Below, in pieces: positions 31,447 to 39,884 of a stretch of DNA of 64,000 nt. This DNA is from an uncultured Spirochaetota bacterium. Lineage in GTDB: Bacteria > Spirochaetota > Spirochaetia > SZUA-6 > Fen-1364. The notes under the pieces are model-generated. The model was given only the letters and a program-made list of their open reading frames with translations, was not told the origin of the DNA and did not search any database. Position numbers and translations under genes: made by a program. The stretch is from positions 32,001 through 96,000 of the forward strand of contig CAWJSK010000015.1 in the NCBI GenBank assembly GCA_963845535.1. The letters run 5' to 3'. Position 1 is the stretch's first letter, and every line of letters starts with the position of its first letter.

Positions 31447-31797
31447 TTATTCGCGGACCAAGTCAGGGTTCGCTTCCAGCTTTGCGGCCAGCTCCTTGCG
31501 AAGCTGCTCCTTGGGAATGCTTCTGGCCAACTCCCGCACGTACTGGTCATCGTGAGGAAATGAAATCGCATTCCAGAGGCAACCCACCTGGCAGTTGTTG
31601 CATCCCACCATGCAGTGATCCTGAAAAAGCACCACTGCCTTCTTCTTTTCAGGATCGTACCCAAAAACGTTTCGCTTCTCCCCGCAGGTGACGACGCAAA
31701 AGCCACAACCGGTGCACTTGTCACTGTTGATCACCGGACCCCAACTGATCTTTGCGCGGTCGATTCCATGCCATTTCGAAAAAAAATCATCAGCCAT
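31447..31797 (-). CDS. Ferredoxin family protein
   Basis: WHG..WGPVIN; CTGCGFCVVTC; CMVGCNNCQVGC. Confidence 0.88.
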   Translation of the reverse strand: MADDFFSKWHGIDRAKISWGPVINSDKCTGCGFCVVTCGEKRNVFGYDPEKKKAVVLFQDHCMVGCNNCQVGCLWNAISFPHDDQYVRELARSIPKEQLRKELAAKLEANPDLVRE

Positions 31798-31811
31798 TTC
31801 CCTACCCTCCT

Positions 31812-32165
31812 TTATGTGGCGCCGCTTTTGACAACATGATCAGGAAACTTCTCCAGCCGTGCCTGAAGCTCTTTCTTTACCGTTGGCAAGACCTTGAACT
31901 TCGACATTGCTTTCTTCACGAATTTCTCGGGTGCTTCGGGAAAAGTTATCGCTGTCTCGGGGCACACCCTCCCGCATGTCGTGCATCCGACGGCACAATT
32001 GCCGGGATTTGCCACCAGGTAGCGGTCTTGAGACTTTGACCAGGCGAATACGCCGCTGCCGCAACTCAAAAGACACAACCCACAGTTTGTGCATTTCGAT
32101 TCGTCGATCGTCGGATGCCAGACAAAGTTTGACCTTCCGACCCCATGCCATTGCTTTTCCGCCAT
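31812..32165 (-). CDS. Ferredoxin family protein
   Basis: WHG..WHPTID; CTNCGLCLLSC; CAVGCTTCGRVCP. Confidence 0.88.
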   Translation of the reverse strand: MAEKQWHGVGRSNFVWHPTIDESKCTNCGLCLLSCGSGVFAWSKSQDRYLVANPGNCAVGCTTCGRVCPETAITFPEAPEKFVKKAMSKFKVLPTVKKELQARLEKFPDHVVKSGAT

Positions 32166-32222
32166 CGCGGTTACCTCCGTTCGAGTGGTTTCCGTTCCTT
32201 ACTTTGATGATTGAAAGGACGT

Positions 32223-32642
32223 TCAAATCTTGCTGATCTGTCCCGATACAGGAATCGCCAGCCGCAGGGTCGAAACGACCGTGCTGTTTCGCTCGGCAAG
32301 GCCGAGCAGCCTGCGAAGCTTTTCCTCGTCGACGTCGGTCCGGATCCGCATCTCAAAGCGAATCTCGGTGAGAGTCGGAGGCTTGTCCTGACGCACACCA
32401 AAGACGTCCACCTCCACGTCGGACAGACGCACGCGGCTCAGCTCCGCCACCATGCTGAGGCTGCTGGTCAGGCAGGCGCCAACCGCGGAAAGAAGGGTCT
32501 CGACGGCGTTGAAGCCAGCGGAAGCGTCCCCCCTGTGCGCGCCAAGCACCATGGAGAAGTCCCGCACCGTAGCGGCCGTCCGGATTCCGTCCGGCTGCCG
32601 TGCGAGGTGTACCTGATAATGCTGTGTACCCATGGCTGCCAT
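32223..32642 (-). CDS. OsmC family protein (single Cys)
   Basis: NAVETLLSAVGAC; resolving Cys position reads ERNSTV. Confidence 0.82.
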   Translation of the reverse strand: MAAMGTQHYQVHLARQPDGIRTAATVRDFSMVLGAHRGDASAGFNAVETLLSAVGACLTSSLSMVAELSRVRLSDVEVDVFGVRQDKPPTLTEIRFEMRIRTDVDEEKLRRLLGLAERNSTVVSTLRLAIPVSGQISKI

Positions 32643-32661
32643 CTCTATCTTTCTGGCTTAG

Positions 32662-32675
32662 TGGCAATATTGCCA
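32662..32675 (-). promoter_or_regulatory. Operator site 3 (perfect palindrome)
   Basis: TGGCAATATTGCCA; TTGACG 17 bp upstream of CAATAT. Confidence 0.8.
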
Positions 32676-32862
32676 TGATAAAGATATTTCGTCAAGAGGC
32701 TCTTGTAAAGATCGCAGAACCCCCATCACGCTGTCCTGAGTCGTGGCGTAAAGAATGCAGCATCAAGTCTGGGCTCAAGTTGACACCATAATGGTAGCTT
32801 CGCGAGCCGTTGTTCGTAGCGGATTTCCAAAGCCGCATGTCGAAGCGGAAGGTGATTATATA

Positions 32863-33879
32863 TCAACTGACCGTCAACGCAGGAGTTATTCTTGCGCTGA
32901 GCTTCCTGCACACCTCGTCGATGGCCGCGTCGTTCAGTGCGATCATGTGATCTGCAAGCGCCGTAAGACAGCTAAGATTTTTCCTTCCGGCGTCATCTAT
33001 CGCCAGCGAGCAGCCGCCGAGAGCTGCGTTGATGCGGATATAACGGACTCCGCTCATGCGACTGAGCTGATGGCTGACCGCTTCGCTTTGGCCCGCCGAC
33101 ATGATTGCACCGATCGGAAACCCTTTCGCCGGATTCACCCACTCCATGTAGCCCCATGAATATATGTCCCGATAGCGGTACCCATGTTGGTGATCTCCGG
33201 TGCCAATGGAAAGGATGAGAAACTCGGATTCCGTAGGGAATATCTTCGTCGACTCCACGTACGCAAGGCCAGACGGATTGTTCGCGAATACCGCTCCGTC
33301 GATCAGTGAGAATCTGATGTGCGGCGCGCCAACAGGACTGATCCGTGCGGGAGGAAAGTACGTCGGGGCGGCCGCGGACGCACGCGCAACGTCACGCATA
33401 TAGAAGTCTGGATCTGTCAGCCATTCGCCACGCGCGGGACGACGCTTCATGCAGTGCGGCTGCATCGCTTCCGTGTCGAAACTGGTTATGAGCAGGTTCG
33501 TCGCCGCGCTCTTCAGTGAAGCATCTCCGAAGATCTCCCGAAGGAACCGCTCAAACGGTCCAGGCGAGTATTTGTGACGAAATGCCTGCATGACGGCGTG
33601 GATCGCGCTGCGAAACGACGGTGGGAATATCTCAGTACCGCGGCGCGCATACAATTCGACGATTTCCGAAGCTGAGTAGCGCTCCGTTCCGTCTTCTTTG
33701 CGCAGTGCAATCGCAAGCGCGACAAGCGCTCCGCTGGAGGTTCCTGCGATGAGATCGAAGAGCTCTGAAAATGGCCGGCTTTCACCTGCCAGGTCCAGAC
33801 GGTGACGGATCTCCTGAAGGACCCGGGCAGGAAGGAGCCCCCGAATGCCTCCCCCGTCGATCGAAAGAATCGTGACCAT
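32863..33879 (-). CDS. Patatin-like phospholipase
   Basis: DGGGIRG, GTSSG, SAAAPTYF, DGAVFANNP. Confidence 0.92.
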   Translation of the reverse strand: MVTILSIDGGGIRGLLPARVLQEIRHRLDLAGESRPFSELFDLIAGTSSGALVALAIALRKEDGTERYSASEIVELYARRGTEIFPPSFRSAIHAVMQAFRHKYSPGPFERFLREIFGDASLKSAATNLLITSFDTEAMQPHCMKRRPARGEWLTDPDFYMRDVARASAAAPTYFPPARISPVGAPHIRFSLIDGAVFANNPSGLAYVESTKIFPTESEFLILSIGTGDHQHGYRYRDIYSWGYMEWVNPAKGFPIGAIMSAGQSEAVSHQLSRMSGVRYIRINAALGGCSLAIDDAGRKNLSCLTALADHMIALNDAAIDEVCRKLSARITPALTVS

Positions 33880-34124
33880 CGCCGGCTATTCCTTGAGGCT
33901 TACCACTTTGCGCTGAAAGCATATTTGATGCGCAGTCCCGCGGGTAGCGTTTGGAGTGGAAGTGTTGGTGAAAGTGCCGATGGCCTTCCTGTTTGTTCCC
34001 GCAAGATTGTCAACCACGAAGTATGCCGCGGGGACAATCACGCCCGCAGCGTACGAAGCCCTTGTGCAGAGCACAATGTCCTGGTTTGCAGAGTTGGAGT
34101 CGCTTTCCGGCTGAGCCTGGAATA

Positions 34125-35093
34125 TCAATCCAGGCTCCTCGCAAGCTCGAGCAAGTGCAGATCGAGCGGTTTCTTGTTTGCGACCACTTCGGAAAGGGGC
34201 GTGGGTTTGATTTCGCCTTTGATCAGGCCAACCAGAACGCCCACTTCGTCTCGTTCCAATTGATCGGTTGCCGCAGCGCCGAGCCGGCTGGCAAGAATCC
34301 GATCAAACGCCCCGGGGTTGCCTCCCCGCTGAACGTGGCCCAATCTTGTCGACCGGAGGTCAAAGCCAAGCCGCTCGTGGTGTTCGGTAAGATAGGCTGC
34401 GAGTTTATCTGCGTTATATTCAGATCCTTCCGCGACCACGATGATCGCATGGGGCTTTCCCTTTTTGTAGGCTGCTTCGATCCGTTCGGCAAGGATCTCG
34501 GGATCCGTCTTCACTTCAGGGATGACGACAGCCTCGGCGCCGCCCGCGATGGCAGTCATCAACGCCAGATAACCGCAATCTCTGCCCATGACCTCAAGAA
34601 TGAACGCCCGCTGGAGCGACGATGCAGTGTTCTTCAATCGGTCGAGAGCCTCCAAGGCTATATTGAGAGCAGTGTCCACTCCGATTGTCATCTCAGAACC
34701 GTACAGATCGTTGTCAATCGTAGAGGCGACGCCCACGACCGGGAAGTCCATTTGGGACAACGCATAGGATCCTGTCTGAGATCCATTACCACCGATGACC
34801 ACCAACCCTTCGATGTCATGTTCGCGCAGAATGCTCACCGCCTTCAGTTGGGCGGCTCTCGTCTTGAAGTCTGGACAGCGAGCACTTCCCAGGACGGTTC
34901 CTCCTCTTTGGATTATCCCGCCTACTTCGCGTGGACCGAGAGGGACAGCGTTCCCTGAGATCAGCCCTATGAATCCCTGCTCAAACCCGATGACTTCCCA
35001 GCCCCTGTTCAGACCTGTGCGCACAACAGCACGTATCGCGGCGTTCATGCCAGGCGCATCACCACCACTCGTCAATACCGCTATCCGTTTCAT
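34125..35093 (-). CDS. pfkA: ATP-dependent 6-phosphofructokinase
   Basis: TSGGDAPGMNAAIR, IGGNGS, TIDND, EVMGR, LGHVQRGG. Confidence 0.95.
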   Translation of the reverse strand: MKRIAVLTSGGDAPGMNAAIRAVVRTGLNRGWEVIGFEQGFIGLISGNAVPLGPREVGGIIQRGGTVLGSARCPDFKTRAAQLKAVSILREHDIEGLVVIGGNGSQTGSYALSQMDFPVVGVASTIDNDLYGSEMTIGVDTALNIALEALDRLKNTASSLQRAFILEVMGRDCGYLALMTAIAGGAEAVVIPEVKTDPEILAERIEAAYKKGKPHAIIVVAEGSEYNADKLAAYLTEHHERLGFDLRSTRLGHVQRGGNPGAFDRILASRLGAAATDQLERDEVGVLVGLIKGEIKPTPLSEVVANKKPLDLHLLELARSLD

Positions 35094-35225
35094 AATGACA
35101 TCCTCCACAGTTGCGCTGCATGGCGCGGTCTTCTGAAGAATCCATGCATACCCGTCGGATATTGGACTGCCAGCGCGCCAAGCGAAAGCCACCCAGCGGA
35201 AATCAGGGCCTTGGTCTTTCCAATT

Positions 35226-35410
35226 CCGTCCCGATTCCGTCGGGTTGGCTTGCGACGTGGACCCGATATTCCTTGTATGCCTATAACAGTCACTCTTGGC
35301 TTAATGGCAATATTGCCATAATAGGGAAGATATGTCAAGAGACTCTTGCAGATACCGCAGGAAACCCCGCATGCAATCCTGAGTCGCGGCGCGAAGAATG
35401 CAGCATCGAG
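35226..35410 (-). pseudogene. Diverged duplicate of the osmC promoter and 5' coding end, containing operator site 4 (35305-35318)
   Basis: Aligns to 32576-32767; remnant reads YRVHVASQPDGIGT versus YQVHLARQPDGIRT. Confidence 0.75.
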
Positions 35411-35431
35411 CTACTTTTCCACGTGTGCCCA

Positions 35432-36805
35432 TCAACTGCCTGCGAATATGCCATAGAGCAGATACACATTGAGCGCGATGATTATGGCAGTGATCAGGAC
35501 TATCAGGATTCTTGTTGCGGCTCTGTTCACCAGAGCCCCCATGAGGTCCTTCCTGCCGGTAAATATCACAAGGGGAATGAGTGCTAAAGGCAGAGAGAAG
35601 CTCAGCACCACCTGGCTGATAACCAGACTCCGTGTGGGATCAAGATTGGTCAGGATGATCACAAATGAAGGCACCATTGTGATCAGACGCCGAAGCCATA
35701 TGGGTATCCGCCGATTCAGGAACCCCTTGAGTATGATCTGGCCTGCCTGGGTCACCACCGTGGCCGAGGATAACCCGGAGGCGCACAAAGAAACCGCGAA
35801 AACCCATGTAGCTGCCTGACCCAGGAGAGGCTGAAGTGTCTTGTAGGCTTGTTCCAGTGTTCCTACGTTTTCTATTCCATGCTGGTAGAAGGTACTTGCA
35901 GCCATCACAAGCATGGCCATATTCACGAGGCTTGCTACTCCCATAGCCACACTCACATCTACGATCTCGAACCGAAACAGTCGTTTCTTCTGGATATCCC
36001 CACGTGGAACCACGCGGTCCTGTGTGAGCGCAGAATGGAGGATGATTGCATAAGGAGTCACCGTAGCTCCAATAATCCCGGCAGCAAGCACAATACTTTG
36101 GCCGCTTTGAAGTTGGGGAATGATCGCGTGAGTGAGAACTGCACGCCAAGGCGGCTTCACAAACAGGATCTCGATGACATAGCATATTGAGATGATCCCG
36201 ACGAGGGTGGTTATCGTCGTTTCCAGCGAGCGAAATCCAAAACGTTCAAGACCAAGTATCAGGAAAGCGGCCACTCCAGTCAGAAGACCTGCCGACCAGA
36301 GAGGCATTCCGAACAAAAGATTGAAGCCGACTGTTGCGCCAATGAACCCTGTGAGGTCCGATGCCATGGCACCCACTTCCATCGCGATCCAAAGACCAAA
36401 TGAGATAGGTCTCGGGAATTGATCAGCGCAGTGCTCTGCGAGATTTTTCCGCGACGCGATCCCCAGCTTCGCAGCGAGAGCCTGGACGAAAGAGGCCATG
36501 ACATTGCTCCCAAGTACCACCCAGAGAAGGAGGTAGCCGTCTTGCGCTCCGGATTGGATGTTCGTGGCGAAATTGCCTGGATCAATGTAGGCTATACTCG
36601 CAATGAATGCTGGGCCCAGAAAGGGGAGAACTCTTCGAAAAAAGACTCTGCGGCTGCGGCCCTCCAGGACTTCGTTTGCGGCCCTTGCAGTTCCGGCGGA
36701 CATCGAAGACAAAGGCACTCTGGCAAACCAGTTCTTGAGGCGCATCCGCTTGCAAACTGTAGCGAATTCTGCACAAAAAGACGACGCAATCCGGAGTCGA
36801 GTCAA
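35432..36805 (-). CDS. mntH: Nramp divalent metal transporter
   Basis: YIDPGNFATN; TM6 reads ATVTPYAIILHS instead of canonical MPH; start uncertain. Confidence 0.88.
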   Translation of the reverse strand: MTRLRIASSFCAEFATVCKRMRLKNWFARVPLSSMSAGTARAANEVLEGRSRRVFFRRVLPFLGPAFIASIAYIDPGNFATNIQSGAQDGYLLLWVVLGSNVMASFVQALAAKLGIASRKNLAEHCADQFPRPISFGLWIAMEVGAMASDLTGFIGATVGFNLLFGMPLWSAGLLTGVAAFLILGLERFGFRSLETTITTLVGIISICYVIEILFVKPPWRAVLTHAIIPQLQSGQSIVLAAGIIGATVTPYAIILHSALTQDRVVPRGDIQKKRLFRFEIVDVSVAMGVASLVNMAMLVMAASTFYQHGIENVGTLEQAYKTLQPLLGQAATWVFAVSLCASGLSSATVVTQAGQIILKGFLNRRIPIWLRRLITMVPSFVIILTNLDPTRSLVISQVVLSFSLPLALIPLVIFTGRKDLMGALVNRAATRILIVLITAIIIALNVYLLYGIFAGS

Positions 36806-36847
36806 TAAGTTGTTGCCTACCCACGGGCCGTTCCCGAGGGAGCCGAA

Positions 36848-37807
36848 CTAACGGAGCAGCCCCTGGATGATCATTTCGGTTGCCGCCTCCTCGTCCAGAC
36901 CGCGCGCAAGAAGGGTCTGAAGCTGCCGGGAGTCCACGCTGCCGATTGCCGCCTCGTGAGTGACGTGCGCGCGGGCATTATTGACCCGGACTATCGGAAT
37001 GGCCGAGGCTTTTCCCTTTCCGTGCAGGATTTCCTTGCAATCCACGTGGCCCCGAGATTCCGGGGCGTTCGCTTCAATTTCGTTGACGATTTCGGCCTGC
37101 GCATCGTCCATCAGGGCAAGATGCGAGGTGAGAACAGCGCGGGATTCCGCCCCATTCAGGATGGCCGCCTCGTGGACGCGGATGCGGTCCTCTCCTCTGC
37201 CAAACACGCTCACCTTCATTTCCGCTACCGACTGGAAACCGCAATCCACCCCGTAATCGATATCCACCTCTCCGGCCCGGCCCGATGTGAGCTGGAAGTC
37301 CGAGCTGAAGCGAGCCCCGTCGCGCAGGCGTACCCGCGTCTTGGGGACCACGACAACACCTCCGGCTGGGCCATGCATATGTCGTTCCGAGTAGACGAGC
37401 TCAGCGCCCTTTTCGATTGTGACGCCTGCGTCCATGACGTGGCGGACCGCTACGGCGTTGGGAAAGGTGCAGCTTGCTACGAACGTGGCCCGCGCGTTCT
37501 CCTCGATGTGGGTTTCGAGGGTGATGTGTTGAAGCCCCTTCGTCGGCACCATGCCGAAACAGAACTGCACCGGCTGCTCGAGGATGGTCCCCGCCGTGAC
37601 GCGGATTTTCACTTTCACCCCGTCTGCCTGTTCCTCAGATTCTACGAGAAGCCCGGGAACCAGGACGGAGCGCAGCACCCGATTGCCGTGGATCTCCACG
37701 TGTGCTACGCCGGGCGCGAAGGAGTGTCGGCCGATCGAGTCCAGAAGCTCCCGCAGAAGCCGCGTGGATTCCAAGACGGCCGCGCTGCCGTTGCCGGCTG
37801 CGTTCAT
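36848..37807 (-). CDS. SufB/SufD-family Fe-S scaffold (SmsB-like)
   Basis: RGHVDCKEI, HVTHEAAIGSVD..LLARGL; short form. Confidence 0.88.
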   Translation of the reverse strand: MNAAGNGSAAVLESTRLLRELLDSIGRHSFAPGVAHVEIHGNRVLRSVLVPGLLVESEEQADGVKVKIRVTAGTILEQPVQFCFGMVPTKGLQHITLETHIEENARATFVASCTFPNAVAVRHVMDAGVTIEKGAELVYSERHMHGPAGGVVVVPKTRVRLRDGARFSSDFQLTSGRAGEVDIDYGVDCGFQSVAEMKVSVFGRGEDRIRVHEAAILNGAESRAVLTSHLALMDDAQAEIVNEIEANAPESRGHVDCKEILHGKGKASAIPIVRVNNARAHVTHEAAIGSVDSRQLQTLLARGLDEEAATEMIIQGLLR

Positions 37808-38568
37808 GAGGCTGCTCCCACGGCATTCTGGTCCGGCACATTCACATGCTTGCAGGGCAGGCACGTGCCCTCGAAATAGGGGATGATCCTGTCTGCCGTT
37901 CCCTTTTCGATCAGTCGGCCGGAGCAGAGCAGAAATGCGTGGTCCGCGTGCCTGAGGACAGAAAGGCTGTGCGTGATCAGGATGACGGTGGTTCCTTCTT
38001 CCCGAAGCCTCTTGATGGCTTCCAGAATGAAGTGCATGGCGTCCATATCCACGCCGGAATCGGGTTCGTCCATCATGACGATCCTTGGCTTCATGGCAAG
38101 GATGGAGGCAAGCTCGATCCTCTTGCGTTCGCCCCCGGAGAGAGTGCGGTCGACCGCGCGTCTGGCGTAGAGATCGGGGTCGAGCCCGACCATGGCCAAA
38201 GACTCCCGCATCGTTCCTTCGCTCTTTTCGGGAGCTCCTGCGAGGACAAACTCCGCCACCCCGAGCCCTTCGAACCGGGCCGGCTCCTGCCAGGCCAGCG
38301 TCAGGCCTCGTCGAGCACGCTCCTGGATGGGAAGATCGCGAATCGACGTTCCATCCAGGAGGATGTCACCTGAGGTCACATGGTAGCCTGGCAACCCCAT
38401 GATGGCGTGGGCCAACGTGCTCTTTCCCGCTCCGTTCGGCCCCACAATCGCATGAACGTATCCTCGCCAGACATCCAGGGTGACCCGGTGGAGCAGGGTC
38501 TTGCCGCCGGCCTGGACGCACAGGTTCTCCACGGACAGGACTTCTTTTCGCTCCTGACCAGAGCTCAT
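37804..38568 (-). CDS. SufC-like ABC ATPase (SmsC-like)
   Basis: GPNGAGKS, LSGGERKRIEL, DEPDSG, C-terminal CLPC. Confidence 0.88.
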   Translation of the reverse strand: MSSGQERKEVLSVENLCVQAGGKTLLHRVTLDVWRGYVHAIVGPNGAGKSTLAHAIMGLPGYHVTSGDILLDGTSIRDLPIQERARRGLTLAWQEPARFEGLGVAEFVLAGAPEKSEGTMRESLAMVGLDPDLYARRAVDRTLSGGERKRIELASILAMKPRIVMMDEPDSGVDMDAMHFILEAIKRLREEGTTVILITHSLSVLRHADHAFLLCSGRLIEKGTADRIIPYFEGTCLPCKHVNVPDQNAVGAAS

Positions 38569-38575
38569 GCTTTGC

Positions 38576-38788
38576 CTATCCGCAACATCCCGGCCCCGCT
38601 TTTGGCCCGCAGGTAGAACCGCTGTCGCTGCGGCGTAAAAGCAATATACCTGAGCTCAGGAGCTGACGCGTGCCCTTCCTGTGGCATTGCGGGCACTCAG
38701 GGTCGAGTCCCAGCTCCTTTTCTCGGAAGGTTGCCCGCACTTCGAAAACGCTCTTACAGTGCTGGCATTGATAGTCGTACAAAGGCAT
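38576..38788 (-). CDS. FmdB family zinc-ribbon protein with CCG tail
   Basis: MPLYDYQCQHC..FE..CPQC; ends GPGCCG. Confidence 0.88.
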   Translation of the reverse strand: MPLYDYQCQHCKSVFEVRATFREKELGLDPECPQCHRKGTRQLLSSGILLLRRSDSGSTCGPKAGPGCCG

Positions 38789-38802
38789 TGTGACCTCCCT
38801 CC

Positions 38803-39177
38803 TCAGCAGGTGGAATGCTTGGCAAGGGATGCGAAGTTGATCCCGAGGAGCTCCGTGATTTCTGTGTTGATTTCCCGCAGGAAATAGATTGCTCCCTGTT
38901 GGGACCCGGCGTATTCCATGACAGCCGGGTCATCCTGCGCCTTGCCCTGAAGCTCCCGCAAGGTATCGATGTCTGGCTGGGTCACGTCTCCGTTGGCCTG
39001 CCGCTGGCGCATCCTGGCCTGCGCTTCCGAGAGCCGATCCAAAAGACCCCGGGCGTCTGGATCCGCATCGAGGCGGGAACGAGCCTTTTCGTACCGAAGG
39101 AAGGGTCCGGAAGCCAGCAGGCTGTCACACAAGGATTGAGCGGCCGTCTGAAGGGCGGAAGGGATTTCAGTCTGCAT
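38803..39177 (-). CDS. YlbF/YmcA-like helical protein
   Basis: Helical pattern paralogous to the upstream gene; ends GINFASLAKHSTC. Confidence 0.72.
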   Translation of the reverse strand: MQTEIPSALQTAAQSLCDSLLASGPFLRYEKARSRLDADPDARGLLDRLSEAQARMRQRQANGDVTQPDIDTLRELQGKAQDDPAVMEYAGSQQGAIYFLREINTEITELLGINFASLAKHSTC

Positions 39178-39188
39178 CTCTGTGCCTC

Positions 39189-39569
39189 CTACCCGCAGCA
39201 GCTTGCGCCGCATGAGGCGGCATAGTCCAGCCCAATGGACCCGGACACCATGTCGCCCAACCTTTGGCACAGCCCTGCCAGTTCCGACTGCGCCTTGGAA
39301 TACTCCACGACAGACGGAAGAGTGACAAACGCCTGATGCAGCGCATCAAGATCCGCCCGCTGTTCGGCGGTCGCTTCCTTGAGCATGAGAAGCACGCGCA
39401 GGGACTGCTCTTTCTGCTGGTAGGCCTGCATCGCCTCCTGCGCCGTTCGATCCTGCCGGAACTGTTCCTCGGCCTGCTCGAACGCCTTGAATTGCGGCGT
39501 TTCAGCCAGAGAAGCAGCGAAGCCGTGAGCGGCACGCTTGACCGTCTCGAGAGTGGCAGTTTCTTCCAT
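39189..39569 (-). CDS. YlbF/YmcA-like protein with CCG tail
   Basis: LAETPQFKAFEQA...GLDYAASCGASCCG. Confidence 0.75.
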   Translation of the reverse strand: MEETATLETVKRAAHGFAASLAETPQFKAFEQAEEQFRQDRTAQEAMQAYQQKEQSLRVLLMLKEATAEQRADLDALHQAFVTLPSVVEYSKAQSELAGLCQRLGDMVSGSIGLDYAASCGASCCG

Positions 39570-39587
39570 ATTACGAAACTCCTTTCT

Positions 39588-39884
39588 TTACGTACGATTC
39601 CCGCTCAAGAGGGCTTCAATCGCACGCCGTATGGCTGGCACGGAAATCTTCCCGCCGCTGCTGACCACGTCGCCCTCAGCCAACACCAGCGGTAGCTCAG
39701 CATCGACGGGCATGGGCGGGCAGTCAGCGTCGAAAAGGTCATGGTACTTCACCTGCACCGCATCTTCGAAGCGTGCTTTCAACTGACCCTGTGCCCAACG
39801 CGCCACTTCGCGCCAGCTTTCCTTCACGCCCTCCTTGCAGGCTACAGGCGCCCCGATGATCTGGATGAGAACGGAGCCTCTCAC
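39588..39884 (-). CDS. Small thioredoxin-fold-like hypothetical protein
   Basis: GAPVAC..W; LPLVLAEGDVVSSGG cis-Pro-type motif; translationally coupled to arsA. Confidence 0.65.
   Translation of the reverse strand: MRGSVLIQIIGAPVACKEGVKESWREVARWAQGQLKARFEDAVQVKYHDLFDADCPPMPVDAELPLVLAEGDVVSSGGKISVPAIRRAIEALLSGNRT

Noticed and set aside
32863..33879. Patatin as a CBASS CapV-type effector
   Set aside because: No CD-NTase or other defence gene nearby
33886..34128. 80-aa ORF between pfkA and patatin
   Set aside because: No recognisable motif or RBS; cannot support it as a gene
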